This document shows positions 44,103 to 53,117 of a stretch of DNA of 64,000 nucleotides, in pieces (within the stretch, counting starts at the first letter, position 1; every line of letters starts with the position of its first letter). Source of the DNA: Flavobacteriaceae bacterium (GTDB lineage Bacteria; Bacteroidota; Bacteroidia; Flavobacteriales; Flavobacteriaceae). The translations under genes and the position numbers were made by a program. Location of the stretch: the NCBI GenBank assembly GCA_029243385.1, contig JAQWSC010000008.1, forward strand, positions 45,612 through 109,611, given 5' to 3'. The notes beneath the pieces were generated by a model. The model was not told where the DNA came from, did not search any database, and worked only from the letters and a program-made list of their open reading frames with translations.

Positions 44103-44827
44103 TGATAGTAACAACATCCGCTATTGTTTTAAAAGCCATCAAGTATGGGGAAACCAGTCTTATTGTAAAGTGTTATACAGCAACAAACGGCCCTGTGAGT
44201 TATATCGTTAAGGGAGCTCGTTCTTCTCAAAAGAAAGGAATGAAAATGGCTTATTTTCAACCGTTAACCCTATTAGAAATAAGCTCAAACCACAAGAACA
44301 AAGGTGGATTGGAGACCATGCGATCCGCTAAAATTTTACATCCTTACTCGTCAATTCCGGTAACTATTTTTAAGAGTTCCATTGCCATCTTTTTATCAGA
44401 GGTTCTTTACACAACCCTTCTAGAAGAAGAGGCAAATCAGGAGCTGTATGATTTTATTGAGGGTGCCATGAACTGGTTAGATGGTCACGATCAAATCGCC
44501 AACTTTCATTTGCTCTTTTTGATTACGTTATCAAAATATTTGGGTTTTTATCCTGACACTTCAAACATTGAATTTCCCTATTTTAATTTAGAAGAAGGCA
44601 CTTTTTCTTACACAAAAACCACTTCTATGTCTGTAAAAGGGGAGGCCGTAGAAATCTTTAAACTACTTTTAGGCACAAATTTTGATGAGTTAAGCTCACA
44701 TTCTATAAACTCAAATCAGCGGCAATCTATTATTGAATTGTTAATGAACTATTTTAAGCTACATTTGCATGGTTTTGAAAAACCAAAATCACTGCGTATT
44801 CTACATGAGATTTTTCAAGAAAAATAA
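44102..44827 (+). CDS. recO: DNA repair protein RecO
   Basis: N-terminal OB-fold-like TSAIVLKAIKYGETSLIVKCYT. TAATG overlap with the upstream gene. Confidence 0.8.
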   Translation: MIVTTSAIVLKAIKYGETSLIVKCYTATNGPVSYIVKGARSSQKKGMKMAYFQPLTLLEISSNHKNKGGLETMRSAKILHPYSSIPVTIFKSSIAIFLSEVLYTTLLEEEANQELYDFIEGAMNWLDGHDQIANFHLLFLITLSKYLGFYPDTSNIEFPYFNLEEGTFSYTKTTSMSVKGEAVEIFKLLLGTNFDELSSHSINSNQRQSIIELLMNYFKLHLHGFEKPKSLRILHEIFQEK

Positions 44828-47297
44828 CTCTTTACTATCCCTTTTTATGGGGTTGGCAAGTGTTTTTGTTTGTTCACAAAATATACAAATTAAGGACAGC
44901 GAATCGTTTGAACCCATTCCTGGTGTCGTGATTTTTAACAATGACCAATCAATCAACGTCCTCACCGATTTTCAAGGCGTAGCCTCATTAGCCGCTTTTC
45001 ATCCTTCCGATTCGCTAAATATCACTCATATCGGTTATGTTTCTTATACAAATTCGTACAAAGATCTTCTTTCCAAGAAAAGTGTTTTTTTGACCCCCAA
45101 TACCCAACAATTGGAAGAAATTGTACTTTCAGTGGCACGAACCAAAGAAGGAAGAGATAGAATTGCCAAAAAGGTATCGATTATCACTCGAAAAGATATT
45201 GAAAACAATATTCCTCAAACAAGTGCTGATGTTTTAAAAGTAAGCGGTGGTGTTCGGGTTCAAAAATCACAAGGAGGTGGAGGAAGCCCAGTAATAAGAG
45301 GGTTTGAAGCAAACCGAGTGCTTTTGGTCATTGATGGAGTACGAATGAACAATGCCATTTATCGCTCCGGTCACCTTCAAAACGCTATCACAATAGATCC
45401 CAATTCTTTAGAACGAACCGAAGTTATCTTTGGCCCTTCCTCAGTTGGATACGGATCGGATGCACTAGGAGGCGTGGTACATTACTATACTCGTGAGGCC
45501 AAAGTCAATGCTCAAGAAAAATGGAAACTGGGAGGGAGTTCCTCTTATAACATGAGTCAAAAAACAAATACCCACAACATCAACGCTCAGTTTAGTAAAA
45601 AAAGGTGGGGCAGTTTTACAAGCATTTCTTTTGCAAACTACGGCGATGTTGTTATGGGTAAAAAAAGATCGCACGGTTTTCAAGACTGGGGGTTAGTTCA
45701 TGAATATTCCAACAATACCGATGCTTTGTATTTTGAAAACCCTGTTCAAAATAACGATCCAACAGTACAAAAAAATTCGGGCTACCAACAATTCGATGTA
45801 CTTCAAAAATGGGGATACCAAATTCATGAATCTATGCGATTGAATATGAATGTTCAATATTCTCAATCTTCAAACATTCCAAGGTTTGATAAGCTCTCCG
45901 AACATCGCAATGGAAAACTTCGTTTTGCCGAATGGGATTACGGTCCTCAAAAGCGATTGTTACTATCTCCTCAACTAAAATTTGCTAGTAGCAAAAAGTG
46001 GCTTGCTAAAGGAACAATTACAGGAGCATATCAACACGTAGAAGAATCTAGAATTACACGAAAATTTGAAAGTTTAATGCGCTGTACTCAAAAAGAATCA
46101 GTCGATGTTTATAGTATAAATGCAGACTTTTTTGCCGCTGTTAAGGACAAAAGAACGCTTTCTTACGGCTTTGAGTTTACACACAATGAGGTTCGATCTA
46201 AAGCCTACTCCCAAGATTTGATTGTAAGTGGAAATGCAGTTACAGGGTATGAAAATGTTCAAAATATTCCCACCCGATACCCCAGCGCAGGAGGACAATA
46301 CACCACTGGAGCGTTATATACAGATTACCGACAAGACATTTCTCAAAAAAGCACTTTCAATATGGGCGGACGATTTACCTATACTCGTTTGAAAGCCATG
46401 TGGAACGAAGCCGCATTGATTGATGCCAATTTATCAAGTGTATTTCTTCAAAATACTTCAGTAACCGCAACACTTGGGCATGTTTATCGACCTACTAAGA
46501 ATTGGCAATTAAACACAACGTTTTCAAGCGGTTTTCGCTCTCCCAATATTGATGACCTTGGAAAAATAAGAGAAAACAATGGCAACTTATCGGTTCCTAA
46601 TCCGCATTTGAAATCAGAATATGCTTACAATGCTGAATTGGGGATTGTTCGATTTATCAATGACAAAAAGAATTCCATTTCGCTAAATTTTTACCACTCA
46701 TGGATACGGGACTATATCGGAAGAGCGTCCTATGAAGTCTTACTAGACAAAACGTCTATCAATCCAAATACCATCATCTACAACGAAGAAGAACTTCAAA
46801 CCGTTGCCAATGTCAATCTTGGAAATGCTTCGATGTATGGAGGAACACTGGATATAAAATCCAAGCTTTCGAAGGCACTTACTCTGACAAGCAACTTGAC
46901 CTATACCATCGGGTCTGCGTTGGAAGATAAATACCCGCTTCCTTCTGTATCGCCTCTTTTCGGAAACTTCTTATTAAACTGGAATCACAAACGTTGGGAT
47001 GCGCATATTAATTTTCAGTTTTCAGATACCAAATTTCCTGAAGACTACAGCTTGGGTGGAGAAGACGGCCTCGAAGAAACCCCTATTGTGGATTCTGAAG
47101 CCGATTCTGAAGAACTTCACTACAACGGAACTCCAGCCTGGAATGTCTTCAATCTTGGCGTAGGATTTCAGATAACCCCTCAAATAAAAATTCAAGGGTT
47201 TATCGAAAATTTATTTGACATTCATTATCGAGAATTTGCTTCTGGAATTTCTGCTCCAGGAAGAAGTCTTACGGTCATGGGGCGAATTAATTTATAA
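44805..47297 (+). CDS. TonB-dependent receptor with N-terminal carboxypeptidase-regulatory-like domain
   Basis: Signal MRFFKKNNSLLSLFMGLASVFVCSQN; plug VRVQKSQGGGGSPVIRGFEANRVLLVIDGVRMN. Overlaps the recO end by 23 nt. An alternative ATG is at 44769. Confidence 0.85.
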   Translation: MRFFKKNNSLLSLFMGLASVFVCSQNIQIKDSESFEPIPGVVIFNNDQSINVLTDFQGVASLAAFHPSDSLNITHIGYVSYTNSYKDLLSKKSVFLTPNTQQLEEIVLSVARTKEGRDRIAKKVSIITRKDIENNIPQTSADVLKVSGGVRVQKSQGGGGSPVIRGFEANRVLLVIDGVRMNNAIYRSGHLQNAITIDPNSLERTEVIFGPSSVGYGSDALGGVVHYYTREAKVNAQEKWKLGGSSSYNMSQKTNTHNINAQFSKKRWGSFTSISFANYGDVVMGKKRSHGFQDWGLVHEYSNNTDALYFENPVQNNDPTVQKNSGYQQFDVLQKWGYQIHESMRLNMNVQYSQSSNIPRFDKLSEHRNGKLRFAEWDYGPQKRLLLSPQLKFASSKKWLAKGTITGAYQHVEESRITRKFESLMRCTQKESVDVYSINADFFAAVKDKRTLSYGFEFTHNEVRSKAYSQDLIVSGNAVTGYENVQNIPTRYPSAGGQYTTGALYTDYRQDISQKSTFNMGGRFTYTRLKAMWNEAALIDANLSSVFLQNTSVTATLGHVYRPTKNWQLNTTFSSGFRSPNIDDLGKIRENNGNLSVPNPHLKSEYAYNAELGIVRFINDKKNSISLNFYHSWIRDYIGRASYEVLLDKTSINPNTIIYNEEELQTVANVNLGNASMYGGTLDIKSKLSKALTLTSNLTYTIGSALEDKYPLPSVSPLFGNFLLNWNHKRWDAHINFQFSDTKFPEDYSLGGEDGLEETPIVDSEADSEELHYNGTPAWNVFNLGVGFQITPQIKIQGFIENLFDIHYREFASGISAPGRSLTVMGRINL

Positions 47298-47394
47298 GGT
47301 TTTTCAAAAAATAAACCCCTATTTAAGAAGTTCCCTTTTACTTTTAAAAAATTTCCTCGAAAATGGTTACTTTCGCATCTTAATATCTCTAGGA

Positions 47395-47402
47395 TAGATT
47401 TG
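47395..47402 (+). promoter_or_regulatory. TAnnTTTG match (TAGATTTG) 1 nt before the ileS ATG
   Basis: TAGATTTG-G-ATG. The spacing is too tight for a normal leader, so this is either a leaderless start or a chance match. Confidence 0.2.
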
Positions 47403-47403
47403 G

Positions 47404-50400
47404 ATGAAATTTACAGAATATAAGGATCTTGATTTGCCTCAAGTAGCTGAGGCATTGATTGAGTACTGGGATCAAAACAACACTTTTGAACAAAGCATTT
47501 CTTCCCGAGAAGGCAATGATGCTTTTGTATTTTACGAAGGTCCTCCTTCGGCCAATGGTCAACCAGGTATTCACCATGTGATGGCGCGAGCTATCAAAGA
47601 TATTTTTTGTCGGTACAAAACTCAAAAAGGATATCAAGTCAAACGCAAAGCCGGTTGGGATACCCACGGACTTCCCGTAGAATTAGGGGTAGAAAAAGAA
47701 CTCGGAATTACCAAAGAAGATATCGGAACCAAAATATCCGTTTCAGAATACAACGAAGCATGTAAAAACGCGGTAATGCGCTATACGGATGTTTGGAACG
47801 CACTCACTAAAAAAATGGGGTATTGGGTCAATATGGAAGACCCATACATTACCTACGAATCAAAATACATGGAATCTGTTTGGTGGTTGCTCAAACAACT
47901 TTATGACAAAAAACTGCTTTATAAAGGATATACCATTCAACCGTATTCTCCCAAGGCAGGAACAGGTCTGAGTTCGCACGAATTGAATCAACCAGGAACC
48001 TATCAAGATGTTACAGACACTACCGTTACCGCTCAGTTCAAAGCATTAGCCAATACGCTTCCGGATTTTTTAACGGAAGGTGATAGTGCCATCTATTTTT
48101 TAGCATGGACCACCACACCTTGGACACTGCCATCCAACACAGCACTGACAGTAGGGCCAAAAATTGAATACGCATTGGTGCAAAGTTTCAATCAATATAC
48201 TTTTGAGCCTATCCGTGTCATTCTGGCAACTTCCTTGATTTCCAAACAATTTACAGGAAAATATCAGCAAGTATCTGATAAAAATGACCTTAGTTCTTAT
48301 ACCCCGTCGGATAAAAAAATTCCGTTTTGGATTGATAAAAAATTTTTAGGAAAAGAATTGGTAAATAGTCAATACGAGCAACTTTGGAAAGGCGCTCCTT
48401 TGCCGTATCAAAATCCTGAAAATGCTTTTCGTGTCATTGCAGGAGACTTTGTAACCACAGAAGATGGAACAGGAATTGTTCATACAGCGCCTACTTTTGG
48501 GGCTGATGATGCGCGCGTTGCGCTAGAGGCCACTCCTCCTGTACCTCCGCTTTTGGTATTGGATGAGAATCAACAACCCGTTCCTTTAGTTGATCTTCTA
48601 GGAAAATTTCGACCTGAATTAGGCAATCTCGGTGGGAAGTATGTAAAAAACGAATACTACGCTGAAGGCTCCGCTCCAGAACGATCCGTTGACGTGGAAA
48701 TTGCCATTCAACTCAAAGAAGAAAACAAGGCCTTTAAAGTCGAAAAATACGTACACAGTTATCCCAATTGTTGGCGAACTGATAAGCCCGTTTTGTATTA
48801 TCCATTGGATTCTTGGTTTGTAAAAGTAACCGATAAAAAAGAGCGCATGGTAGCGCTCAATAAGTCAATCAATTGGAAGCCCAAATCGACTGGAGAAGGG
48901 CGTTTTGGAAATTGGCTTTCCAACGCAAACGACTGGAACTTATCTCGCTCTCGATTTTGGGGAATTCCATTGCCTATTTGGCGAACTGAAGATGGAAAAG
49001 AAGAGACCATCATCGGGTCTATATCAGAACTTAAAAAAGCTATTGGTGAAGCTGTTTCAAAAGGAATCATGGACAGCGATCCGTTTGAAGACTTTGAAGT
49101 TGGAAATATGAGTGATGAAAACTACGCCCTTGTAGATCTTCACAAAAACACCGTTGACAACATCGTTCTTTATTCCGATTCAGGGAAAGCCATGTATCGC
49201 GAATCTGACCTTATTGATGTTTGGTTCGATTCAGGGGCAATGCCCTATGCGCAGTGGCATTATCCTTTTGAAAATAAAGAAAAAATTGATGCCGGAGCCA
49301 CTTATCCTGCGGACTACATCGCCGAAGGAGTTGATCAAACACGGGGATGGTTTTATACCTTACACGCTATAGGCACTCTGGTTTTCGACTCCATTGCATA
49401 TAAAAATGTTGTGTCAAACGGTTTGGTTCTTGACAAAAACGGTCAGAAAATGTCAAAACGTCTCGGCAATGCGGCAGACCCGTTTGAAACCCTTGACCAA
49501 TACGGCCCTGATGCAACGCGTTGGTACATGATTAGCAATGCGAATCCTTGGGACAATCTAAAGTTTGACTTGGAGGGAATTGCCGAGGTTCGGCGGAAGT
49601 TTTTTGGAACGCTTTACAACACCTATTCCTTTTTTAGTTTGTACGCCAATATTGATGGATTTACGTATCGTGAAAAGGAAATTGCATTCGAAAATCGTCC
49701 CGAAATTGACCGATGGATTTTGTCAGAACTCAACACTCTTACCGAACAGGTTGATGCGTACTATGCAGATTATGAGCCAACACGGGCTACACGAGCAATT
49801 TCTGAATTTGTTCAGGAAACACTGAGTAATTGGTATGTTCGTTTATGTAGAAGAAGATTTTGGAAAGGCACCTATGAGGAAGATAAAATATCTGCTTATC
49901 AAACCTTATACACTTGCTTGTTGACTGTGGCTAAATTAAGTGCTCCTGTAGCTCCTTTTTATATGGATCGGTTGTACATCGACCTCAACCAATCTACCCA
50001 ATTGGAGGCCTTTGATTCGGTACACTTATCGGATTTTCCTAAAAGCAATGCTTCACTTATCGACAAAAAATTGGAGCTGAAAATGCAAAAGGCCAAAACT
50101 ATTTGTTCGTTAGTATTATCTCTTCGAAAGAAGGAAATGATCAAAGTTCGTCAGCCGCTCCAAAAAGTAATGATTCCAGTAACCAATGAGCTTGAAAAAA
50201 AGGAAATTTCAGCAGTTTCTGACTTGATTTGCTCTGAAGTTAATGTAAAAGAAGTCGTTTTTATTGATGATGCCTCTTCGGTACTCGTTAAAGAAATTAA
50301 ACCCAATTTTAAGACTTTAGGGCCTCGCTTTGGAAAAGACATGAAGTCTGTAGTACAAGCAATCAATACAATGGGACGTGAAGAAATCATAAAAATTGAA

Positions 50401-50808
50401 CAAACTGGAAGTCTTTCTATTGCTATTAATGGGAAAAGTATTATTTTAGATGCTTCTGATGTGGTCATCACCTCCAAAGATATCGAAGGATGGTTGGTCG
50501 CTTCAGAAAACGGAGTAACTGTTGCGTTGGATATTACGCTAACTGCATCTTTACAATCCGAAGGAATCGCAAGAGAACTAATTAATCGGATTCAAAATGC
50601 AAGAAAAGATGCTGGGCTGGAAGTAACAGACACCATTGATTTGAGTATTCAAAAAAATGAGCTGCTAAACCAAGCCGTTTTAGACAACCAAACATACATT
50701 CAAAGTGAAACCCTCGCTACCCAACTAAATTTGGTTGAAAATGTTGAAGGTGGTGAAGCAATTGAGTTTGATAACATTAAAACCCAATTGGGAATAAAAA
50801 AAAATTGA
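47404..50808 (+). CDS. ileS: isoleucine--tRNA ligase
   Basis: HIGH-type PSANGQPGIHH and KMSKS (QKMSKRLGN); 1134 aa. Confidence 0.95.
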   Translation: MKFTEYKDLDLPQVAEALIEYWDQNNTFEQSISSREGNDAFVFYEGPPSANGQPGIHHVMARAIKDIFCRYKTQKGYQVKRKAGWDTHGLPVELGVEKELGITKEDIGTKISVSEYNEACKNAVMRYTDVWNALTKKMGYWVNMEDPYITYESKYMESVWWLLKQLYDKKLLYKGYTIQPYSPKAGTGLSSHELNQPGTYQDVTDTTVTAQFKALANTLPDFLTEGDSAIYFLAWTTTPWTLPSNTALTVGPKIEYALVQSFNQYTFEPIRVILATSLISKQFTGKYQQVSDKNDLSSYTPSDKKIPFWIDKKFLGKELVNSQYEQLWKGAPLPYQNPENAFRVIAGDFVTTEDGTGIVHTAPTFGADDARVALEATPPVPPLLVLDENQQPVPLVDLLGKFRPELGNLGGKYVKNEYYAEGSAPERSVDVEIAIQLKEENKAFKVEKYVHSYPNCWRTDKPVLYYPLDSWFVKVTDKKERMVALNKSINWKPKSTGEGRFGNWLSNANDWNLSRSRFWGIPLPIWRTEDGKEETIIGSISELKKAIGEAVSKGIMDSDPFEDFEVGNMSDENYALVDLHKNTVDNIVLYSDSGKAMYRESDLIDVWFDSGAMPYAQWHYPFENKEKIDAGATYPADYIAEGVDQTRGWFYTLHAIGTLVFDSIAYKNVVSNGLVLDKNGQKMSKRLGNAADPFETLDQYGPDATRWYMISNANPWDNLKFDLEGIAEVRRKFFGTLYNTYSFFSLYANIDGFTYREKEIAFENRPEIDRWILSELNTLTEQVDAYYADYEPTRATRAISEFVQETLSNWYVRLCRRRFWKGTYEEDKISAYQTLYTCLLTVAKLSAPVAPFYMDRLYIDLNQSTQLEAFDSVHLSDFPKSNASLIDKKLELKMQKAKTICSLVLSLRKKEMIKVRQPLQKVMIPVTNELEKKEISAVSDLICSEVNVKEVVFIDDASSVLVKEIKPNFKTLGPRFGKDMKSVVQAINTMGREEIIKIEQTGSLSIAINGKSIILDASDVVITSKDIEGWLVASENGVTVALDITLTASLQSEGIARELINRIQNARKDAGLEVTDTIDLSIQKNELLNQAVLDNQTYIQSETLATQLNLVENVEGGEAIEFDNIKTQLGIKKN

Positions 50809-50814
50809 AACCCT

Positions 50815-51195
50815 ATGAGCACACAAAGTTTATCACGATATTCTGATGCCGAGCTGGATGAATTCAGAGTTTTAATAGAAGAAAAAATCAACAAGGCGCA
50901 AAGCGATTTAGAGCTTATCAAAAGTGCGTACATGAACGATGGGAATAACGGAACCGATGATACTTCCCCCACCTTCAAAGCTTTTGAAGAAGGCTCAGAG
51001 ACCATGTCAAAAGAAGCCAATACTCAGCTAGCTATCCGTCAAGAAAAATTTATTCGAGACCTAAAAAATGCCTTAATTCGTATTGAGAATAAGACTTACG
51101 GTGTTTGTAGAGTGACTGGTAAATTAATCAATAAAGAGCGTTTGAAGCTAGTTCCTCATGCCACCTTGAGCATCGAAGCAAAGAACATGCAGTAG
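50815..51195 (+). CDS. DksA/TraR-family protein with a degenerate zinc finger
   Basis: C-terminal YGVCRVTGKLINKERLKLVPHATLSIEAK aligns to CxxC-N17-CxxC but keeps only the first Cys (CxxT...SxxA). Coiled-coil N-terminal part. Confidence 0.7.
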   Translation: MSTQSLSRYSDAELDEFRVLIEEKINKAQSDLELIKSAYMNDGNNGTDDTSPTFKAFEEGSETMSKEANTQLAIRQEKFIRDLKNALIRIENKTYGVCRVTGKLINKERLKLVPHATLSIEAKNMQ

Positions 51196-51228
51196 CCCAA
51201 CCCTATCGCTAGGAAATTTTCCCAAATC

Positions 51229-51849
51229 ATGAAATGGCAATTCTTCTGTGTCGGAATGTTTGCTTGTTTTGTCAGCGGACAACACCGCGTTGAAAAAACA
51301 TTTTCCTCTGCAGGAATAGGCAATGTAGAAATCGTTGGAAACGAAGTTTTTTCAATAGAAATTGGCAATTCTGACTCCCAAGAAATTAAGCTCATATCCC
51401 GCTCAGAAGGAGAATATGCTGATGCTATCAAACTGCATACGGATATTACACAAAATACATTGAAAATTCAGGCCGCTGTTCGAGATGGTTTTCGGGTTCC
51501 TAACGACAAGCTGTCGGCTCACAAAGTATTTGCAACTCAACTCACACTTTTTCTTCCTGCAAACCTTCGTGTTCGAGTAGAGAGTCACTTGTCAAATGTA
51601 AAAATTAAGGGAACATTTCCTTTTTTGTCAGCACTGCTTTACGAAGGAAATTGTTATTTCGAAAAATTTAAAGGAAAGGCAACGATAACGTCAAACAAGG
51701 GCTCTATTTATGGCAAAACTCAAGCAGCTACTCTACAAGCTGTTTCAAAAAAAGGGACGGTTTTATTGCCAAAAAAATTACCCATTGGAAACCCTTTAAT
51801 TTTAAAAACAATACATGGAAATATCGAAATTCATCAAACCAAATTTTAA
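51229..51849 (+). CDS. hypothetical secreted beta-rich protein
   Basis: Signal peptide MKWQFFCVGMFACFVSG. I see no recognisable motif. Confidence 0.5.
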   Translation: MKWQFFCVGMFACFVSGQHRVEKTFSSAGIGNVEIVGNEVFSIEIGNSDSQEIKLISRSEGEYADAIKLHTDITQNTLKIQAAVRDGFRVPNDKLSAHKVFATQLTLFLPANLRVRVESHLSNVKIKGTFPFLSALLYEGNCYFEKFKGKATITSNKGSIYGKTQAATLQAVSKKGTVLLPKKLPIGNPLILKTIHGNIEIHQTKF

Positions 51850-51852
51850 TCT

Positions 51853-51860
51853 TATTTTTG
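51853..51860 (+). promoter_or_regulatory. candidate -7 box (TATTTTTG) for lspA
   Basis: 20 nt upstream of ATG 51881. Confidence 0.35.
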
Positions 51861-51880
51861 AACGACTTTAAACACCATTC

Positions 51881-52510
51881 ATGACATTAAAAAAATCCGT
51901 TTTTATCGTTATCGCTGTATTGCTTATCGATCAGATTTTTAAATTCTATATCAAGCTGAATTACCCGTTGACATTGTATGGAAGCGATGCTATTATTGAT
52001 TGGGGTTGGTTTCGGTTGTTGTTTGTGGAAAACAAAGGAATGGCATGGGGAACAAAAATCAACGACTTCATCCCTTTTGTTAATGAACGTTACGGAAAAT
52101 TGTTTTTGACACTCTTTAGAATTATTGCTGTTACGGCAATCGGATATTGGCTGTTGGATGCTATTAAAAAGCTGCGGCCTTCGCTGTTGATTGTTTCTTT
52201 GTCTTTAATATTTGCTGGAGCCGTAGGCAATATTATCGATTCCATTTTTTATGGATACATGTTTACCGATAGCTACGGGCAAATTGCTACTTTTCAATGG
52301 GGCGCGGGATATGAAAGTTTTTTATACGGTCATGTTGTTGATATGCTTCAGTTTCCTTTGGTGACTTGGATCTGGCCCAATTGGATTCCAGGAATAGGCG
52401 GTGATTCGTTCACATTTTTTGATCCTATTTTTAATATTGCTGATGTTGCTATTAGTACGGGAGTGGGAATTTTGTTGGTCTTTAATAAAAAGATATTTCC
52501 TAAAAATTAA
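51881..52510 (+). CDS. lspA: lipoprotein signal peptidase II
   Basis: Catalytic Asp contexts HVVDMLQF and FNIADVAIS; 4 TM. Confidence 0.85.
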   Translation: MTLKKSVFIVIAVLLIDQIFKFYIKLNYPLTLYGSDAIIDWGWFRLLFVENKGMAWGTKINDFIPFVNERYGKLFLTLFRIIAVTAIGYWLLDAIKKLRPSLLIVSLSLIFAGAVGNIIDSIFYGYMFTDSYGQIATFQWGAGYESFLYGHVVDMLQFPLVTWIWPNWIPGIGGDSFTFFDPIFNIADVAISTGVGILLVFNKKIFPKN

Positions 52511-53070
52511 AACCGATATACTCGTTTTGGACTGATTACATAATTCAATGGAATGTCGTTGGGATGGGTTTTTATCAGCGTATTTGTTGGAGGGAAAAAA
52601 GACAGTCCAATTTTGACGGTTTGCGGCAAACATTTCGACAAAAATCGATCGTAAAACCCTTTGCCATATCCCAATCTGTTTCCATTTTTATCGAAAGCTA
52701 ACAGAGGAATAAACACAACATCTATTTCGTGTTCATTTATGCTAACTCCCTCCATAGGTTCGGGGATTCCGTAGGCATTTATTTTGATTTGGGTAGTTTC
52801 TGACCACAAAAAATGTTGCATAGAATACGTGTCAAAATCACTTTTAGAAACCACCAGCTTTTTGTTTTGTTGGCAAAGTTTTGAAAACAAATACTCCGTA
52901 TTGACCTCTTTTTGAGATTCCATGGACAGAAAAAGATGGTAATAGTGAAGACCCCAAATAGGCAATTGTAAGCTTTGTTCGGCAATTTGCTGACTCATTA
53001 ATTCGATTTCTTGAGCAGATAAGGAGTCCCTCAATTGCTTATAATGCGATCGTAACTCTTTTTTTAACAT
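52507..53070 (-). CDS. 5-formyltetrahydrofolate cyclo-ligase
   Basis: GYGKGFYDRFL motif; 187 aa. Confidence 0.8.
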   Translation of the reverse strand: MLKKELRSHYKQLRDSLSAQEIELMSQQIAEQSLQLPIWGLHYYHLFLSMESQKEVNTEYLFSKLCQQNKKLVVSKSDFDTYSMQHFLWSETTQIKINAYGIPEPMEGVSINEHEIDVVFIPLLAFDKNGNRLGYGKGFYDRFLSKCLPQTVKIGLSFFPPTNTLIKTHPNDIPLNYVISPKRVYRF

Positions 53071-53117
53071 GCTTTTTCCTATATTGATAAGACAAAGAAA
53101 ATAATTATTTTCGTCTA

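Noticed and set aside
47298-47403. ileS upstream region, considered for a T-box or attenuator.
   Set aside because: It is only 106 nt long, with no specifier or antiterminator-like structure, and only a weak 5-bp stem.
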